Below, piece after piece: positions 1-11,693 of a stretch of DNA of 33,000 nucleotides (position 1 is the stretch's first letter; each line of letters opens with the position of its first letter). A program made the position numbers and the translations under genes. The DNA lies in assembly GCF_001194135.2 (NCBI RefSeq), contig NC_068997.1, positions 55,882,762 to 55,915,761 of the forward strand. The letters are read 5' to 3'. The stretch is from Octopus bimaculoides. Lineage: Eukaryota. The notes below the pieces were generated by a model, which searched no databases, was not told the DNA's origin, and saw nothing but the letters and a program-made list of their open reading frames with translations.

Positions 1-1288
1 AAATATTCTTCCCAGCATTAGCACAATGCAGTCTTCCATATGAATGCATCAGAGAATCACATATATCTGAAGAGCTGATAAATATTTATTGAATTTGCAT
101 TTACCTACACTACATGTTCATAAGTTTGGCTATTAGACATGTGGTAAGCATTCTATTAAAGAAGAGTGGAACCTGGCCACTACCATATTTCAGCAAACAA
201 AGATTCCATTTTCAGATCAATAATTTATGTATTAAAAAAAGATGATCATTGATTTTCATGGATTATAGCTTTGAGAATCTGCATCTTCCTTTAAATAGTT
301 GCTTTCTTCCCATATTGTAATAATTCATGCAAAGGCCTCCTATTCAATTTGGCTATAACTAATGATTTTATGTATTATAAAAATAAAGTGTTGTATAGTT
401 TGTTTTTAGAACAAAAGAGGGAGACATAATTAGATAAACTGTGTGAGATTCATTATATGAATAATTAAATTAAATTATCTTGTAAAAAGTGTAAAATGAT
501 TTTTTAATGTTTTAAAAATGTAAAATAGATTTTAAAACAAGTAAAGCATGTTTTAAAATATTTCAAAGAGGAAAACAAAATTGAGTGTCTAGAGTAATTA
601 GTTATATTGTTAATAAAGGTGATCGCACTGATAATTATATAAATATTCAAATTACCAAAGACAAGGCAAACACAGAAATCTGTTAGCAAAAGAGAATGAA
701 GAAAGTAATTTAAGGGCTTAATTTCAGCACTTTTGAAATTTCAGCAATTGTCAGCCAAATCTTATATTAGACATTTTTTCTTTAGTTTTTAGTTTTAGAT
801 TATACTTGAAATATTTTAGTTTTGTTCCAGGTTACAAAAGAGAAGTGTTTAGTTAATGTTAACATATTTGAAGGAGGGAAAGTAAAGTAATCTATTTAGA
901 ACTAATTATGTGGCATGGATAAGACAACATTAACTCACTGAATAATATTATTTTATGACATTTTGACAATTAAAGGGCAACAACTTAAATTTGTTTCAAT
1001 GTTATTAGACCTTATCAGCTAAGATACTGAGAGGAGCACTACAGATGAGTAAAATATATTTTTCTAAATTAGATAAATTCATAAAAACGTATTATTTTCC
1101 ATTGGTCATGTTTGACCAAATTCCAGCCAATCTTGTCCACACACTTTATTGAGTTTCCTCCTATTTCATTAGTCCTGGTACTAAAAGTGGTCAGAGACCA
1201 TTTCATATCTGAGTTCCTCTTCCTAAGTTTATAATTTTAGAACATAGCTATTCTAATCTATAAGTAATATATCAAAAGGCAATATGTA

Positions 1289-1301
1289 AGAGAGAGAGAG
1301 C

Positions 1302-1337
<36 letters not shown>

Positions 1338-1396
1338 AAGAGAGATAGAGAAAGAGAGATAGAGAAAGAGAGAGAGAGAGGGGGGAGCGAGAGAGA
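1289..1396. repeat. (GA)n / GA-rich microsatellite
   Basis: Directly visible GA and GAAAAGAGAGA runs. These explain the SLSLSL ORF at 1258..1476. Confidence 0.95.
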
Positions 1397-1479
1397 GGAC
1401 TGAGCTGGTATCGATTGATGTGATGTGTACAGGGAGAGATGATGACAGTCGAGTAAAGAAGTGAGAAGTGATTCAAGTG

Positions 1480-1645
1480 GGAAGAACTAACAGAGGAGGA
1501 TAACCAAGGGTGACTAGGTCGAAATGGTACAAATGTTTGTCAAGGGGCTGCATGTGACCAAGAAGAACTTATGAGATTCCAACATGTGGCAAAATGCTGT
1601 CTAACCCATGACGGCATAGAAAAAAGGATTTACAAATGATGATTA
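1480..1645 (+). mobile_element. Highly decayed RTE-LINE 3' end / tail
   Basis: ctgtctaacccatgacggcatagaaaaaaggatttacaaatgatgat resembles the tail shared by the better copies at 8530-8760 and 11694-12691. Confidence 0.4.
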
Positions 1646-3262
1646 TTGTGTTGATAGTGATGTGGATAATTACAACGATGATGATGATGATGATGATGAG
1701 GCAGTGGGGGAGGGTAACTTAGAAAATGATAAGCAAAGCCAAAGGGCAGAAATCCGTTCACACGAAGAGGATTTTATCTTTGAGCAGTGGGTTAAGTTTC
1801 AGATTTATCATCTGAAGAAATACTCTATCTTCTTTATCTAGTTTTCTGAGGATTGCTGATAAGAAATTTACCAGTTTAAAGAACAAACAAACAAACAAAA
1901 GAATTTAATGAATCAATTTACAGTTTAAAATGTCTTACTAAAGATAAACTTTCAGCCATGATGTCCTCATACCCTGACGATAATCAATACCACTCATTTT
2001 CTTCACAAAACACTGATAAAACAGTTCTTTTGTGAGAATAAAATTAACTTTCAATTAGAAATTAATTCCATTTTAGTTTGGGTCTTTTTATTTCTTTTTA
2101 CAACATAAAAAACACAAAAAAACAAACCAACCCAAACATTTAGCGATCCACAATCAAACCAATCACACCTGACTGGCAAAGTTTTACTGATATTATTTTG
2201 AGCTCTCTTTATATTTTGTATAAGACCTGAATTTTTTTTTTGTGATCACATGTAGCAGCACCCTGGTATTTTAACCAAATTCCGTGTTTTAAGCAATTTT
2301 TTTTTCAGTTCAATAAATACCATTTTAAACTCATCTCATTCCACAAGAAGACAGGATTTATAAAATTTTTATATTTATGAAGGTTGCTTATTTTAATAAA
2401 TACATCATTACATTGCTATCACTTCAATCATCAGCAGTTTATTGTAGTTTGTATCAAGTTTTGCAGTGTCGTGCAACTTAGTTCTTTGAACACTAAGCTC
2501 CAAAATGGTGTGTAGCCTATACACTGGATTTTTGAGATGAAAATCTTGAAAAATCTTGAAAGCCAACCATTTGAGCTTCAGCCACAGAGCATTAGTAACT
2601 CCAAACTCAGTCACTCTCAGTTTCAGCCACAGAGCTTTATTAATCACCAAATCAGTTACTCCTTTTCAAATAGTTAAAACAGTTTTCTGAGTTAGGTATT
2701 ATAAATGACGCTTGCTCATGTGGAGAGGAATCTTATTTCACAAAGATTTTACCAGTATTAGAACTGGATCTAAACACTCAAAGTGAACAAAATGCATATC
2801 AATGATATGTTAGCTTTCAATTTTTCACAATACATCTTAATAGGGAACTTAGCCAACAAGCGGTAACATTATGGCATCATGACTATGAATACAAAGTGCT
2901 GTCAAAATAAGAAATTCCAATGTTCCAACAAATGTCCATGCCTTACAGACTCAAAAAAATTTTCGTATTTTTTATTTGAAAAACAAAAACAAAAAAAAAA
3001 TAAAATAATATAAAGTTAATGCAATTTTGAAGGTTTGCTTGAAATTTTGCTTATTACAGCAACATTTTGCTTTTGCATTGCTATGAGAAACTGTTTAAAT
3101 GTCTCCAATTTTCCCATTTGAGAAATATCTCCGATTTCAATATTCACATTTCAGCATCTCCAATTTCTTTTCCTAAGTATTATATCTGTTTCCAAACACA
3201 AATCAAAATGACGCATAATGTAGATGATACGATACACTATGGTAGTTTCTCATTATATTTAC

Positions 3263-3371
3263 CTGATAGATATGAAGCCTGAAGTATTCAGAAGAATGAT
3301 GTTTCCAAGTTATGTCATTCACGTCTTTCCCAAGAGTATTATCAGCTTGAAAGAGATGAAAATGGTTTGAA
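3263..3371 (-). CDS. Candidate internal exon (SNHFHLFQADNTLGKDVNDITWKHHSSEYFRLHIYQ), product unknown
   Basis: Minus-strand acceptor cttatttctatttctag and donor CAG/gtaaat. 109 nt, open in one frame (phase 2 to 0). No recognisable homology. Confidence 0.35.
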
Positions 3372-3689
3372 CTAGAAATAGAAATAAGACTGCTAGCTTG
3401 CAGAGAACTGGCCACTATTTCACAGCATTCACACTATTTCCAAATAAATGAAAACCAAAATTGACATTTTATTTAAGAAACTGATATGAGTTATGCCTTC
3501 AATATCATCAAGTAAATACAAGGGGAATACATTTGTGTTGAACAGGAAATATAATTTAGAATGATAGGGTTTACTATTTAATGAACAAATATTGTGGGGG
3601 GAGAATGTATTGTTGCTGGCGAACGATAAATGCAACTATAATAAAGAATATATCTTCAAGTCAAAACAGCTATAAATAATATGTAGCCA

Positions 3690-3905
3690 TCATGTGATGG
3701 TTATACACAAGCATCACCATCATGCAGGTGATGTTTGTTTCCAGTCTTCTGTGAGAAACTTGGCTGCCCATGGGGAATTATCTTGCTTGGAAACAGATGA
3801 AAGTTGGTGACAAGAAAAGCATCCAGATATAGAAAAAGCTGTCTTCATTTGACACAAAGATGCATGGAAGAGTGGATGTTAAATGATGATGACGATGATG
3901 ATGAT
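3690..3905 (+). mobile_element. Short retroposon with RTE-type 3' tail ending in (GAT)n
   Basis: agttggtgacaagaaaagcatccag ... gatgcatggaagagtggatgttaaatgatgatgacgatgat matches the tail family seen repeatedly in this window. Confidence 0.65.
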
Positions 3906-4519
3906 ATTAGATTAAAAGCCCCTTGGATGCTAAAAGTACTGTGGGATTTGAACTAATTTTCTGTAGCCACAACAATTGTGCTGTCAGTTACACTACATAA
4001 CCTTTAACCTTTCTACAATCCATGAAAATGCTATATTCTTATATGTGAGAAAGTATGTCTGTTTCACATCTTTGAGAAGATGTGAAATAAGTTATTGAAA
4101 AAATGAGTCTCAGACTGGATACAGTTATAAATTATAATATTGTTAAAAACCTCATTTACAATTTAATGTGCTTTCATTAAACTAAGATTCCTGCCATACA
4201 GAAATTAATTTCATTTGTAATATTTTTTAATTACAAATGACAAGCAGAATACATTTGCATATTTCCGAAGTATGCCAAATATGTTTTGATGTAGCTCAAT
4301 GAGGGTGAAATTCTGGAGCCAAGAATATGGCAGCTTTAATTCCTCTTAATATTCCTGTTCCTGAAGTGTCACGAAATATGCACATTTGTGATGGGTACAG
4401 AATTCCTGCCGGTAGTCTTTGACAGTTTTCCCCATGAAATGTTTTTCTATAGTCATGTTATATCACCTGGCAATGATGGCTGCACCAATTTTGAGGTTCA
4501 CCCTAAAAAAACATTCATC

Positions 4520-4917
4520 TTCTTTTATTGTTTATCTTTTATTTGTTTCAGTTGTTTGACTGGCCATACTGTAGCATCAGGTTGAAGAATTTTTAGTCAA
4601 ACGAATCAATCCCAGGACTTATTCAAAAAAATCCTGGTACTTATTCTATGTGTCTCTTTTGCTGGACTGCTAAGTTATAAGGCCAGGAACACACCAACAC
4701 CGGTTGTCAAGTGGTGGTGGTGGGGACGAACACAGATACATAGACACACACATTTATACAGTGGGCTTCTTTCAGTTTCTGTTCGCTAAATCCACATGGT
4801 TTAGTCTCCCTGAGGCTAAGGTAGAAGTCACTTGTCCAAGGTGCCACGCAATGGGACTGAACTCAGAACCATGTGGTTGGGAAGCAAGTTTCTTACCACA
4901 CAGCCACACCTGTGTCT
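4520..4917 (-). mobile_element. tRNA-derived SINE (family 1, CORE-like), near full length
   Basis: Minus strand shows an A-box-like tggctgtgtggtaag, B-box-like gagttcagtccc, MIR/CORE-like ggcaccttggacaagtg, a central TG/TA-rich tract and an A-rich tail (taaaagataaacaataaaag). Alignable to 5740-5907. Confidence 0.85.
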
Positions 4918-5589
4918 GTATGTATGTATTTTATCAGATAATTTTTTTTAAAGCTAAACTATTTTACAAGATGAGAGTGCAGGGAAATTTTTGTGAACAA
5001 ACTCCACTGTGTCTTAAGTTGGCCAATACAGAAATTTCTAGAATGACACTGTTTAATATTGAACTTAGTCAATTTAGTCTTAAACATAAGAAGCAACAAA
5101 GAAATCTACTCCAGCATGGAATTTGTATGTATATAAATGTCTGAACTGTGCAGAATTTTCCTCTCAGTTGATGACGCTAGTTAAACCACCCCATTATTTA
5201 TTTATTGGTGTTTAAGTAATCGATGTACTATAACACTATGTAAATCATCATAGCAGGTTCAATAATGCAAATAAACAGAAATAGTTGCGATCAAATAAAA
5301 TATTAATCAGGAACAAAATACAGAACAGAAACTTGCATTCAGGCAAATGTGTCTGACAATTATCCAAATGAAGCTGAGTAAAATAAATGATTCTTTATAA
5401 TATATTGGTCTTGGCATTCTAGGTTAAATTATAGCCAGAATACAATGTAATAAGATTCTTCAAATGTTCTTCTGAATTATTATTTGACACTTCATTCTTA
5501 ACTTGCAGTCTTTGGAGAGCAACAAGCACGAAGGGAAGCAAATGTGACCGTTTGACATTTTTTTAACACATTAGCTGTTCAAAACTTAC

Positions 5590-5622
5590 CTATTCCTTCA
5601 GTCTCACACACTTTAATATCCC
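5590..5622 (-). CDS. Candidate 33-nt exon ((G)DIKVCETEGI)
   Basis: Strong donor TAG/gtaagt, modest acceptor ataactgatccctag, phase 1 to 1. Short, so it could be chance. Confidence 0.15.
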   Translation of the reverse strand, partial: GILKCVRLKE

Positions 5623-5739
5623 CTAGGGATCAGTTATATAATAACTCTACATAAATATAGTTTTTTTTTTTTTTTGTTAATCTAACTGAAATGAGGTGCA
5701 GGATAATGGGATAAATGGAAGCTGTTAAAATTGGGTTTT

Positions 5740-5907
5740 AGGTGGGTGTGTGGTAAGCTGCTTGCTTCCCAATCACATGGTCTTGGGTTCAGTCCCACTG
5801 ATTGACATCTTTGGCAAATGTCATCTACTATAGCCTCGGGCCAACCAAAGCCTTGTGAGGGGATTTGGTAGATAGAAATTAAAAGAAGTCCATCGTATGT
5901 ATATGTG
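5740..5907 (+). mobile_element. tRNA-derived SINE family 1, 5' half
   Basis: gggtgtgtggtaagctgcttgcttcccaatcacatggtcttgggttcagtccc ... tatagcctcgggccaaccaaagccttgtgag ... aaagaagtccatcgtat, running into (TA)n. Confidence 0.85.
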
Positions 5908-5929
5908 TATATATATATATATATGTGTG

Positions 5930-6000
<71 letters not shown>
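5908..6000. repeat. (TA)n microsatellite
   Basis: Directly visible. Confidence 0.95.
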
Positions 6001-6002
<2 letters not shown>

Positions 6003-6204
6003 TCAAATCTGGAGAGCCTTTGATTGTGGGTTTTCTTTGTTATCACCCTCATAACTTGTTAATGAAAACAACATAGTGAGTATGTTGCTCAACTACACTG
6101 CTCTGAGTTAATCAGGCTATCTCATACTAGAAATGGCAGCCAAACCTCTCTCTCATCATGTATTCTAAACTTTAAAAGGAAGGCTAGAGTGTGACAGAGA
6201 GACA

Positions 6205-6460
6205 GAAACAGATGTCTTACTGTAGAGCAGGTACATGGTTACCCAACCAGAGAAAAAGAGAGAGAGGGGGGGGGAGATGGAGTTAACAAGAAAGAGGGTG
6301 GAAATAGGTGTGCTGCTGTAAATGAGATACATGGTTACTTAGCCAGGAGGAAGAGCAAGAGAAGGGAAAGAGAGAGAGAGAGTGATCAAGAATGAGGGCA
6401 GAAACAAATGTGCTGTTGTAGAAGAGATACAGGGTTACCCAGCCACAGAGAAGAGAAAGA
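6205..6460. repeat. Three degenerate ~100-bp units (conserved ~46-bp core plus GA-rich spacer)
   Basis: Cores start at 6205, 6301 and 6401: gaaacagatgtcttactgtagagcaggtacatggttacccaaccag / gaaataggtgtgctgctgtaaatgagatacatggttacttagccag / gaaacaaatgtgctgttgtagaagagatacagggttacccagccac. Confidence 0.8.
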
Positions 6461-6493
6461 GAGCGAGAGAGAGAGTGGGAGAGAGCAAGTATG

Positions 6494-6538
<45 letters not shown>

Positions 6539-6915
6539 AGAGGAGAGATAGTGGCGAAGTGCCAGGGTAAAATCATAAGGAAGGGAGATCAGAGCAGAGA
6601 TGAGGTGGTAGATTAAGGAAGAGATAGCAAGATAAATGGTGGCAGGTACCAGGGCGTACCCCCAGGGTATGGCGGTCATAATATACGTGGCAGGGTATTG
6701 CCAAGAAGGTGCAAATAGGGAGTGGGGGTGGGAATGCTGTGGCTGGTGAGAAGCTGGGTATGTAGAGGGGGTGAAGAAAGCAATGATACAGTAAGCAGGG
6801 TAGTGAGAGATAATCAAAGTGAACGAAGAGGAAATGGGAGGAAGAGAAGAGATGCAGTTTGGGAGAAGTGATGTTGTTTGGTTTGATGGGGTGGGGTGTG
6901 TGAAAATGTTTTGCT

Positions 6916-7150
6916 CTTCTCTAGAACCTCATGCCACTAGACATCTTGGTCCATTGTCATTTCCTCCATGAGCCCCAACATCCTGAGATCAGTCCTCACC
7001 ACTTCATCCCATGTCTTCCTGGGTGTCCCTCTTCCACAGGTACCATCCACTTTCACTGACCAGAACTTCTTTATACAGATGTCTTCATTCCTATGCATCA
7101 CGTGTCCAGACCAACGTACTCTCTTCTCCTGTCCGCTGCATTTGGTTCAA
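6916..7150 (-). mobile_element. RTE-clade LINE ORF C-terminal remnant
   Basis: Minus strand reads ...RWSGHVMHRNEDICIKKFWSVKVDGTCGRGTPRKTWDEVVRTDLRMLGLMEEMTMDQDV*WHEVLEK, matching the RTE C-terminal motifs RWYGHV and GRGRPRKTW. Confidence 0.85.
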
Positions 7151-8529
7151 AGGGTTAAACATCAACAATCCCACCTTTCCATATTCTCAAGGTACAAAAA
7201 CCTAACACACCTATGAGGGGGTCATCCAAAGAATCATTTTCACCAATTCAACTTTACTCAACAGTTCATTTCTTCTTTGCTTCTCTATGAAAGCTTTGCT
7301 TCTCCCATTCAGTTCCCAGTTTTCTGATATCAGTTAATAAAGATTCATATTAGCTACACAATTATGTTTAAGCAACTAATGAGCTGATATTAACGATCAT
7401 TAACAGATTATTACATGGATAACAAGTTCTAGATTCAAAGGAACATCAAAGAATTTGGCAACTCCATGAGTTAGGAATTTCACATCAAACATAAGCCTAA
7501 AGGAATTACTGTCAGGCATTCAGAATATTAATGTAGGCTTTGAACCAAATTTCCTAGTTGATATCATTATTTTCCTTATTATTATTGTTGTCGTTGTTGC
7601 TGTTGTTAGTATCATCATCATCATCATTGTCAACATCGTCGTTGTTGTTATCCTCTTCTTTCTGATTATCATTGTCGTTGTTGTTATTGAGGCTCGTAGT
7701 GTGAAGATGGCTTTTGATTCTCACTTCAAAGTATGACTTATTTTAAGCATTACCCAAGGAAATTCTATTTGGAGTCCTTTTGAAAGGAACTACACTAGCA
7801 TAAGGATGAGCTTCTCTGGAAACCCGGGAGGCAGAAACGGAAAAATGGATTTGTTTCTCAAACTTTTAAACTTATATTTATATGCGTCACATTTTCTCAT
7901 TTGAAATGGCTTCCACACATAATTATGTCACATGAAAGAACACTAAAATAGCGAAGAACAAACAATAAAAAGTGCAGAACAAGAAAACGATACTGAAGAG
8001 CAGAGTGAACAGTTAAAAGAAGAAAATGTCCAAAATATGTAATTTGCAACGACAGTAATAAATTTAATAACCACAGTTTCAAATATTATGGCGTCTTCAC
8101 ATATAGCAGCTGAAGGAAAACTACACTTCCCTAAATGAAGAGACAGAATTTTTGGACTGAAGAAAAGGAAAGTGATGAAAATCAATGACATCAATAATAA
8201 GAACAACAAAACTAAGTCTTCAGAGCACCAACAGAAAAAAATCATTGGGGATAGTAGAGAAAATGTCGTTATGTGTAATAGATGAGCAAATAGCATGTCA
8301 TGTAACAAATAGGTGAGCAAATACCACATCACCTGATATATCGTACCACACCAATCAAGTAACGAGGAAGAAATAATTACAGATATGAGAGGAAAAGGAG
8401 GGTGGAAATCACAGGAAAAAAAACAACACAATATAAACAAGGTAAATTGGCAAAGAAGAACAGTTACTTCTAAAGGGCAACAAAATCTCTCCCCAAGAAA
8501 AAGTACAAAGAATAAAGATGAACAATGAG

Positions 8530-8725
8530 GCCAGGGCCACCTGACTGACTCCTCTGCTGGTGGCAAGTAAAATGCATCCACTACACTCTTGGAGTGGTTG
8601 TCGTTAGGAAGGGCATCCACCTGTAGAAACCTTGCCTGACTAGATTGGGGCCTGGTGCAGCTTTCTGGTTTGACAGTCCTCAATCAAACTGCCCAGCCTG
8701 TGCCAGCATAGAAACTGGATGTTAA

Positions 8726-8760
<35 letters not shown>
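8530..8760 (+). mobile_element. RTE-type 3' UTR/tail retroposon fragment with (GAT)n tail
   Basis: gtaaaatgcatccactacactcttggagtggttgtcgttaggaagggcatccacctgtagaaac ... gccagcatagaaactggatgttaaat(gat)n is the reverse complement of the family at 11694-11900. Confidence 0.85.
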
Positions 8761-8761
<1 letters not shown>

Positions 8762-8809
8762 CATACATATATAGATACATATGTTATATATATGCAAACT
8801 ATATACATA

Positions 8810-8848
<39 letters not shown>

Positions 8849-9017
8849 NNNNNNNNNNNNNNNNNNNNNNNNNNNNNNNNNNNNNNNNNNNNNNNNNNNN
8901 NNNNNNNNNNNNNNNNNNNNNNNNNNNNNNNNNNNNNNNNNNNNNNNNNNNNNNNNNNNNNNNNNNNNNNNNNNNNNNNNNNNNNNNNNNNNNNNNNNNN
9001 NNNNNNNNNNNNNNNNN
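8849..9017. other. Assembly gap (N run) next to (TA)n
   Basis: Ns directly visible. Similar gaps at 10081-10563 and 18835-18848. Confidence 0.99.
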
Positions 9018-9229
9018 ATATATCATAGTGTGTGTGATCACCATTTAGTGTCTGCTTTCCATGCTGGCATGTGTTGGATGGTAATGAATGAGCAAGGGTG
9101 GTTTCTGCTGGGGCATGAAGTGGGGGGGGGATGATAGTAGTGAAGACAAGGGTGTTCATGTACTGATGCACAAGCTAATGGTGACATCATTTTGAGAATT
9201 CAGTGGACATGTAGGGTCTGAAGACACAC

Positions 9230-9291
9230 CTGCATTGATGAACACGAAAGAGAAGAGCTTCTCGTTGAAAGCTCATCCAGTAGACAAGACA
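9230..9291 (-). CDS. Candidate 62-nt exon (CLVYWMSFQREALLFRVHQC, or SCLLDELSTRSSSLSCSSMQ in the other open frame)
   Basis: Acceptor ttttgcatgtacag, donor CAG/gtgtgt. The phase 0 to 2 reading joins in frame to exon 3263-3371. Confidence 0.25.
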
Positions 9292-10048
9292 CTGTACATG
9301 CAAAACGTATATTTGAAAGAATAAACAAAAACATGCTTTCAACACTGGTTGTTCATATTTCTGAAAGTTTTCAAATAAAAGGAGAAATTAAAAATTCGAT
9401 TTTATTTTATAACCATGATATTATCATTTCCTTTGCCATTTAATTACTTCTAAAATCATATTCAAAATAAATGAAAATCCACTAACGAATACATTCGATG
9501 AATTCAAAAAATAAAAATATTCTGAAGATTATTGGTAATCTCTTGGTGTGTGCATTTTACAGAATAATGTTGAATCAGCCTAACTGTCTCATATCACAGG
9601 AGTTTGACATGCAATCAATCAAAAAGGTATACCTTTATTGTAATGCTTAAATCTTTGGGTAGAGTTTTTAAGGAGCCTGTGTATTTTTTCCCTTAATGTA
9701 AGGGCTATGAGCATGTGTGTAGTTGAGTGCATGAAGGTTAATAAAATGTATTAATTTTCTTCCTTGGTAGATATAAAACATTATTGGCAATAATAACTGC
9801 TCTGATAGATAGAGACACGATTAATTTCAGTATCAGTCATGTGGCTAAACAAGTGTTTCTCAGTGCAGATGTATGGACTTGTGGGAGGAACAGATGCCAT
9901 GGCGACAAGGAAGCAGGCATCAAAGGAGTAAAATTAAATATAAACCATCTCTTGATGATCATGAACGATCATTATTTGATAAACATATAACATCACAGAA
10001 CTCAAAAGGCTGACATATGATATAACGTATCATTCACCTTCTATAATA

Positions 10049-10080
<32 letters not shown>

Positions 10081-10563
10081 NNNNNNNNNNNNNNNNNNNN
10101 NNNNNNNNNNNNNNNNNNNNNNNNNNNNNNNNNNNNNNNNNNNNNNNNNNNNNNNNNNNNNNNNNNNNNNNNNNNNNNNNNNNNNNNNNNNNNNNNNNNN
10201 NNNNNNNNNNNNNNNNNNNNNNNNNNNNNNNNNNNNNNNNNNNNNNNNNNNNNNNNNNNNNNNNNNNNNNNNNNNNNNNNNNNNNNNNNNNNNNNNNNNN
10301 NNNNNNNNNNNNNNNNNNNNNNNNNNNNNNNNNNNNNNNNNNNNNNNNNNNNNNNNNNNNNNNNNNNNNNNNNNNNNNNNNNNNNNNNNNNNNNNNNNNN
10401 NNNNNNNNNNNNNNNNNNNNNNNNNNNNNNNNNNNNNNNNNNNNNNNNNNNNNNNNNNNNNNNNNNNNNNNNNNNNNNNNNNNNNNNNNNNNNNNNNNNN
10501 NNNNNNNNNNNNNNNNNNNNNNNNNNNNNNNNNNNNNNNNNNNNNNNNNNNNNNNNNNNNNNN
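10081..10563. other. Assembly gap (N run) next to (TA)n
   Basis: Ns directly visible. Confidence 0.99.
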
Positions 10564-10824
10564 ATATATATACATATATATATATATATGTATATATATG
10601 TATGTATACATGTATGTATGCATGTATGTATGTATATGGTGCCCCAATGTGACCACAGCTTTAGAGCTGAAGCAAATTAAAAAAATTATGTGTGTATATA
10701 TATATACAAACATGTGTGTATGTATGTATATATGTATTATAGTATATGCATGAGGATTTGTGACCCATTTGTCATTGAAACAGTTAGAACCTAGCAAGAA
10801 ACACTACACCAATACCTCCACCAA

Positions 10825-11010
10825 ATGTGTGTATGTGTTTTCTGTTTGTGCTTGCCTGCAGCATCGTTTGAAAACTGGTGATGGTTTGTTTACAACCCTG
10901 TAATTTAGTGGATCAGCAAAGAGAAAAGACCAGTCGAATATGTATCAAGCTTTAAAAAAGTTCTAGGTTTAATTTGTTCTACGAAACCCTTTCATAACTT
11001 AAACAGTTAA
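10825..11010 (+). mobile_element. SINE family 1, decayed 3' half
   Basis: gcatcgtttgaaaactggtgatggtttgtttacaaccctgtaatttagtggatcagcaaagag ... aagttctaggtttaatttgttctacgaaa corresponds to the reverse complement of 4560-4720. Confidence 0.55.
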
Positions 11011-11049
11011 GAGATAAATGATGAAAAACACACATATATATATATATTT

Positions 11050-11103
<54 letters not shown>

Positions 11104-11439
11104 TGCATGTGTGTGTGTATGCACACATATATATTTATATATCCTTCATTAAAGACAAGACTGATCCAATTTAATCTTTTTTATTATAGAATTTTTTGCA
11201 ATTAATTTGGAAGAATATAGTTCCTAAATCCATATTACTCTACTCCTGATCTTCACACTCTCATTTTCAAGTATTGTAATAGATTTGGCATCTGTGTTGC
11301 TTCTTATATTTCAGTTGACTTTCTGTAGACTTTTATGCGAAAAATAGTTTTCACAATTAGGCTTCCATATCAGCAGTTTCATGTTTATTTGTTTTGCTGT
11401 GGCCAAATTTATTTTGTCTTACAATTATGATCTGATGTT

Positions 11440-11600
11440 AGTAACTGTATGTTAATCTTCTGATGCTTGTGTTATTTGCATGTATATTTTGGCGTTGTGT
11501 TGTGTTATGTGTATGGCTTCCGTGATTAATCTATCTCAGTTCTTGAAAATGAAGCTGCAGAAGTCTGCAAATGTTGGATATAAATTTAGAAACTCTATTG
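11440..11600 (-). mobile_element. Penelope-like element C-terminal remnant
   Basis: Minus 11532-11476 reads RLITEAIHITQHNAKIYMQ, resembling the GIY-YIG C-terminal R-L-x-x-x-E-A-I-x-I-x-x-x-x-P-x-I-N-x-Q pattern. DNA is alignable by eye to 30475-30535. Confidence 0.45.
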
Positions 11601-11693
11601 TTCCAAAATAAATTTGATATGAATATATAACAATCTATGATAAAAAGATAAAACTGGATTACAGTTGTGTCTTTAGAGAAACATGTAAAAAAG

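Noticed and set aside
1258-1476. SLSLSL, RERERE, HTHT, poly-H and poly-N ORFs (also 6283-6817, 19858-20127, 23229-23423, 24424-24681, 29296-29652, 32289-32486)
   Set aside because: These are translations of microsatellites.
4850-4917. tRNA gene (also 5740-5800 and 17000-17090)
   Set aside because: A/B-box-like heads of SINEs; no cloverleaf.
832-5552. Phase-consistent plus-strand exon chain (about 832-882, 4969-5122, 5507-stop)
   Set aside because: Weak splice sites, no homology; the long ORF at 4704-5144 starts inside an antisense SINE.
6205-6460. Repeat-spacer pattern as a CRISPR array
   Set aside because: Only three divergent cores, spacers are GA microsatellite, no cas genes, and the context is eukaryotic.
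9875-9930. DVWTCGRNRCHG resembling a somatomedin-B/ENPP WTC motif
   Set aside because: The remaining cysteine pattern is absent and the donor is weak.
8719-10797. ORF-track calls spanning N runs and (TA)n or (GAT)n repeats
   Set aside because: Open only because of Ns and simple repeats.
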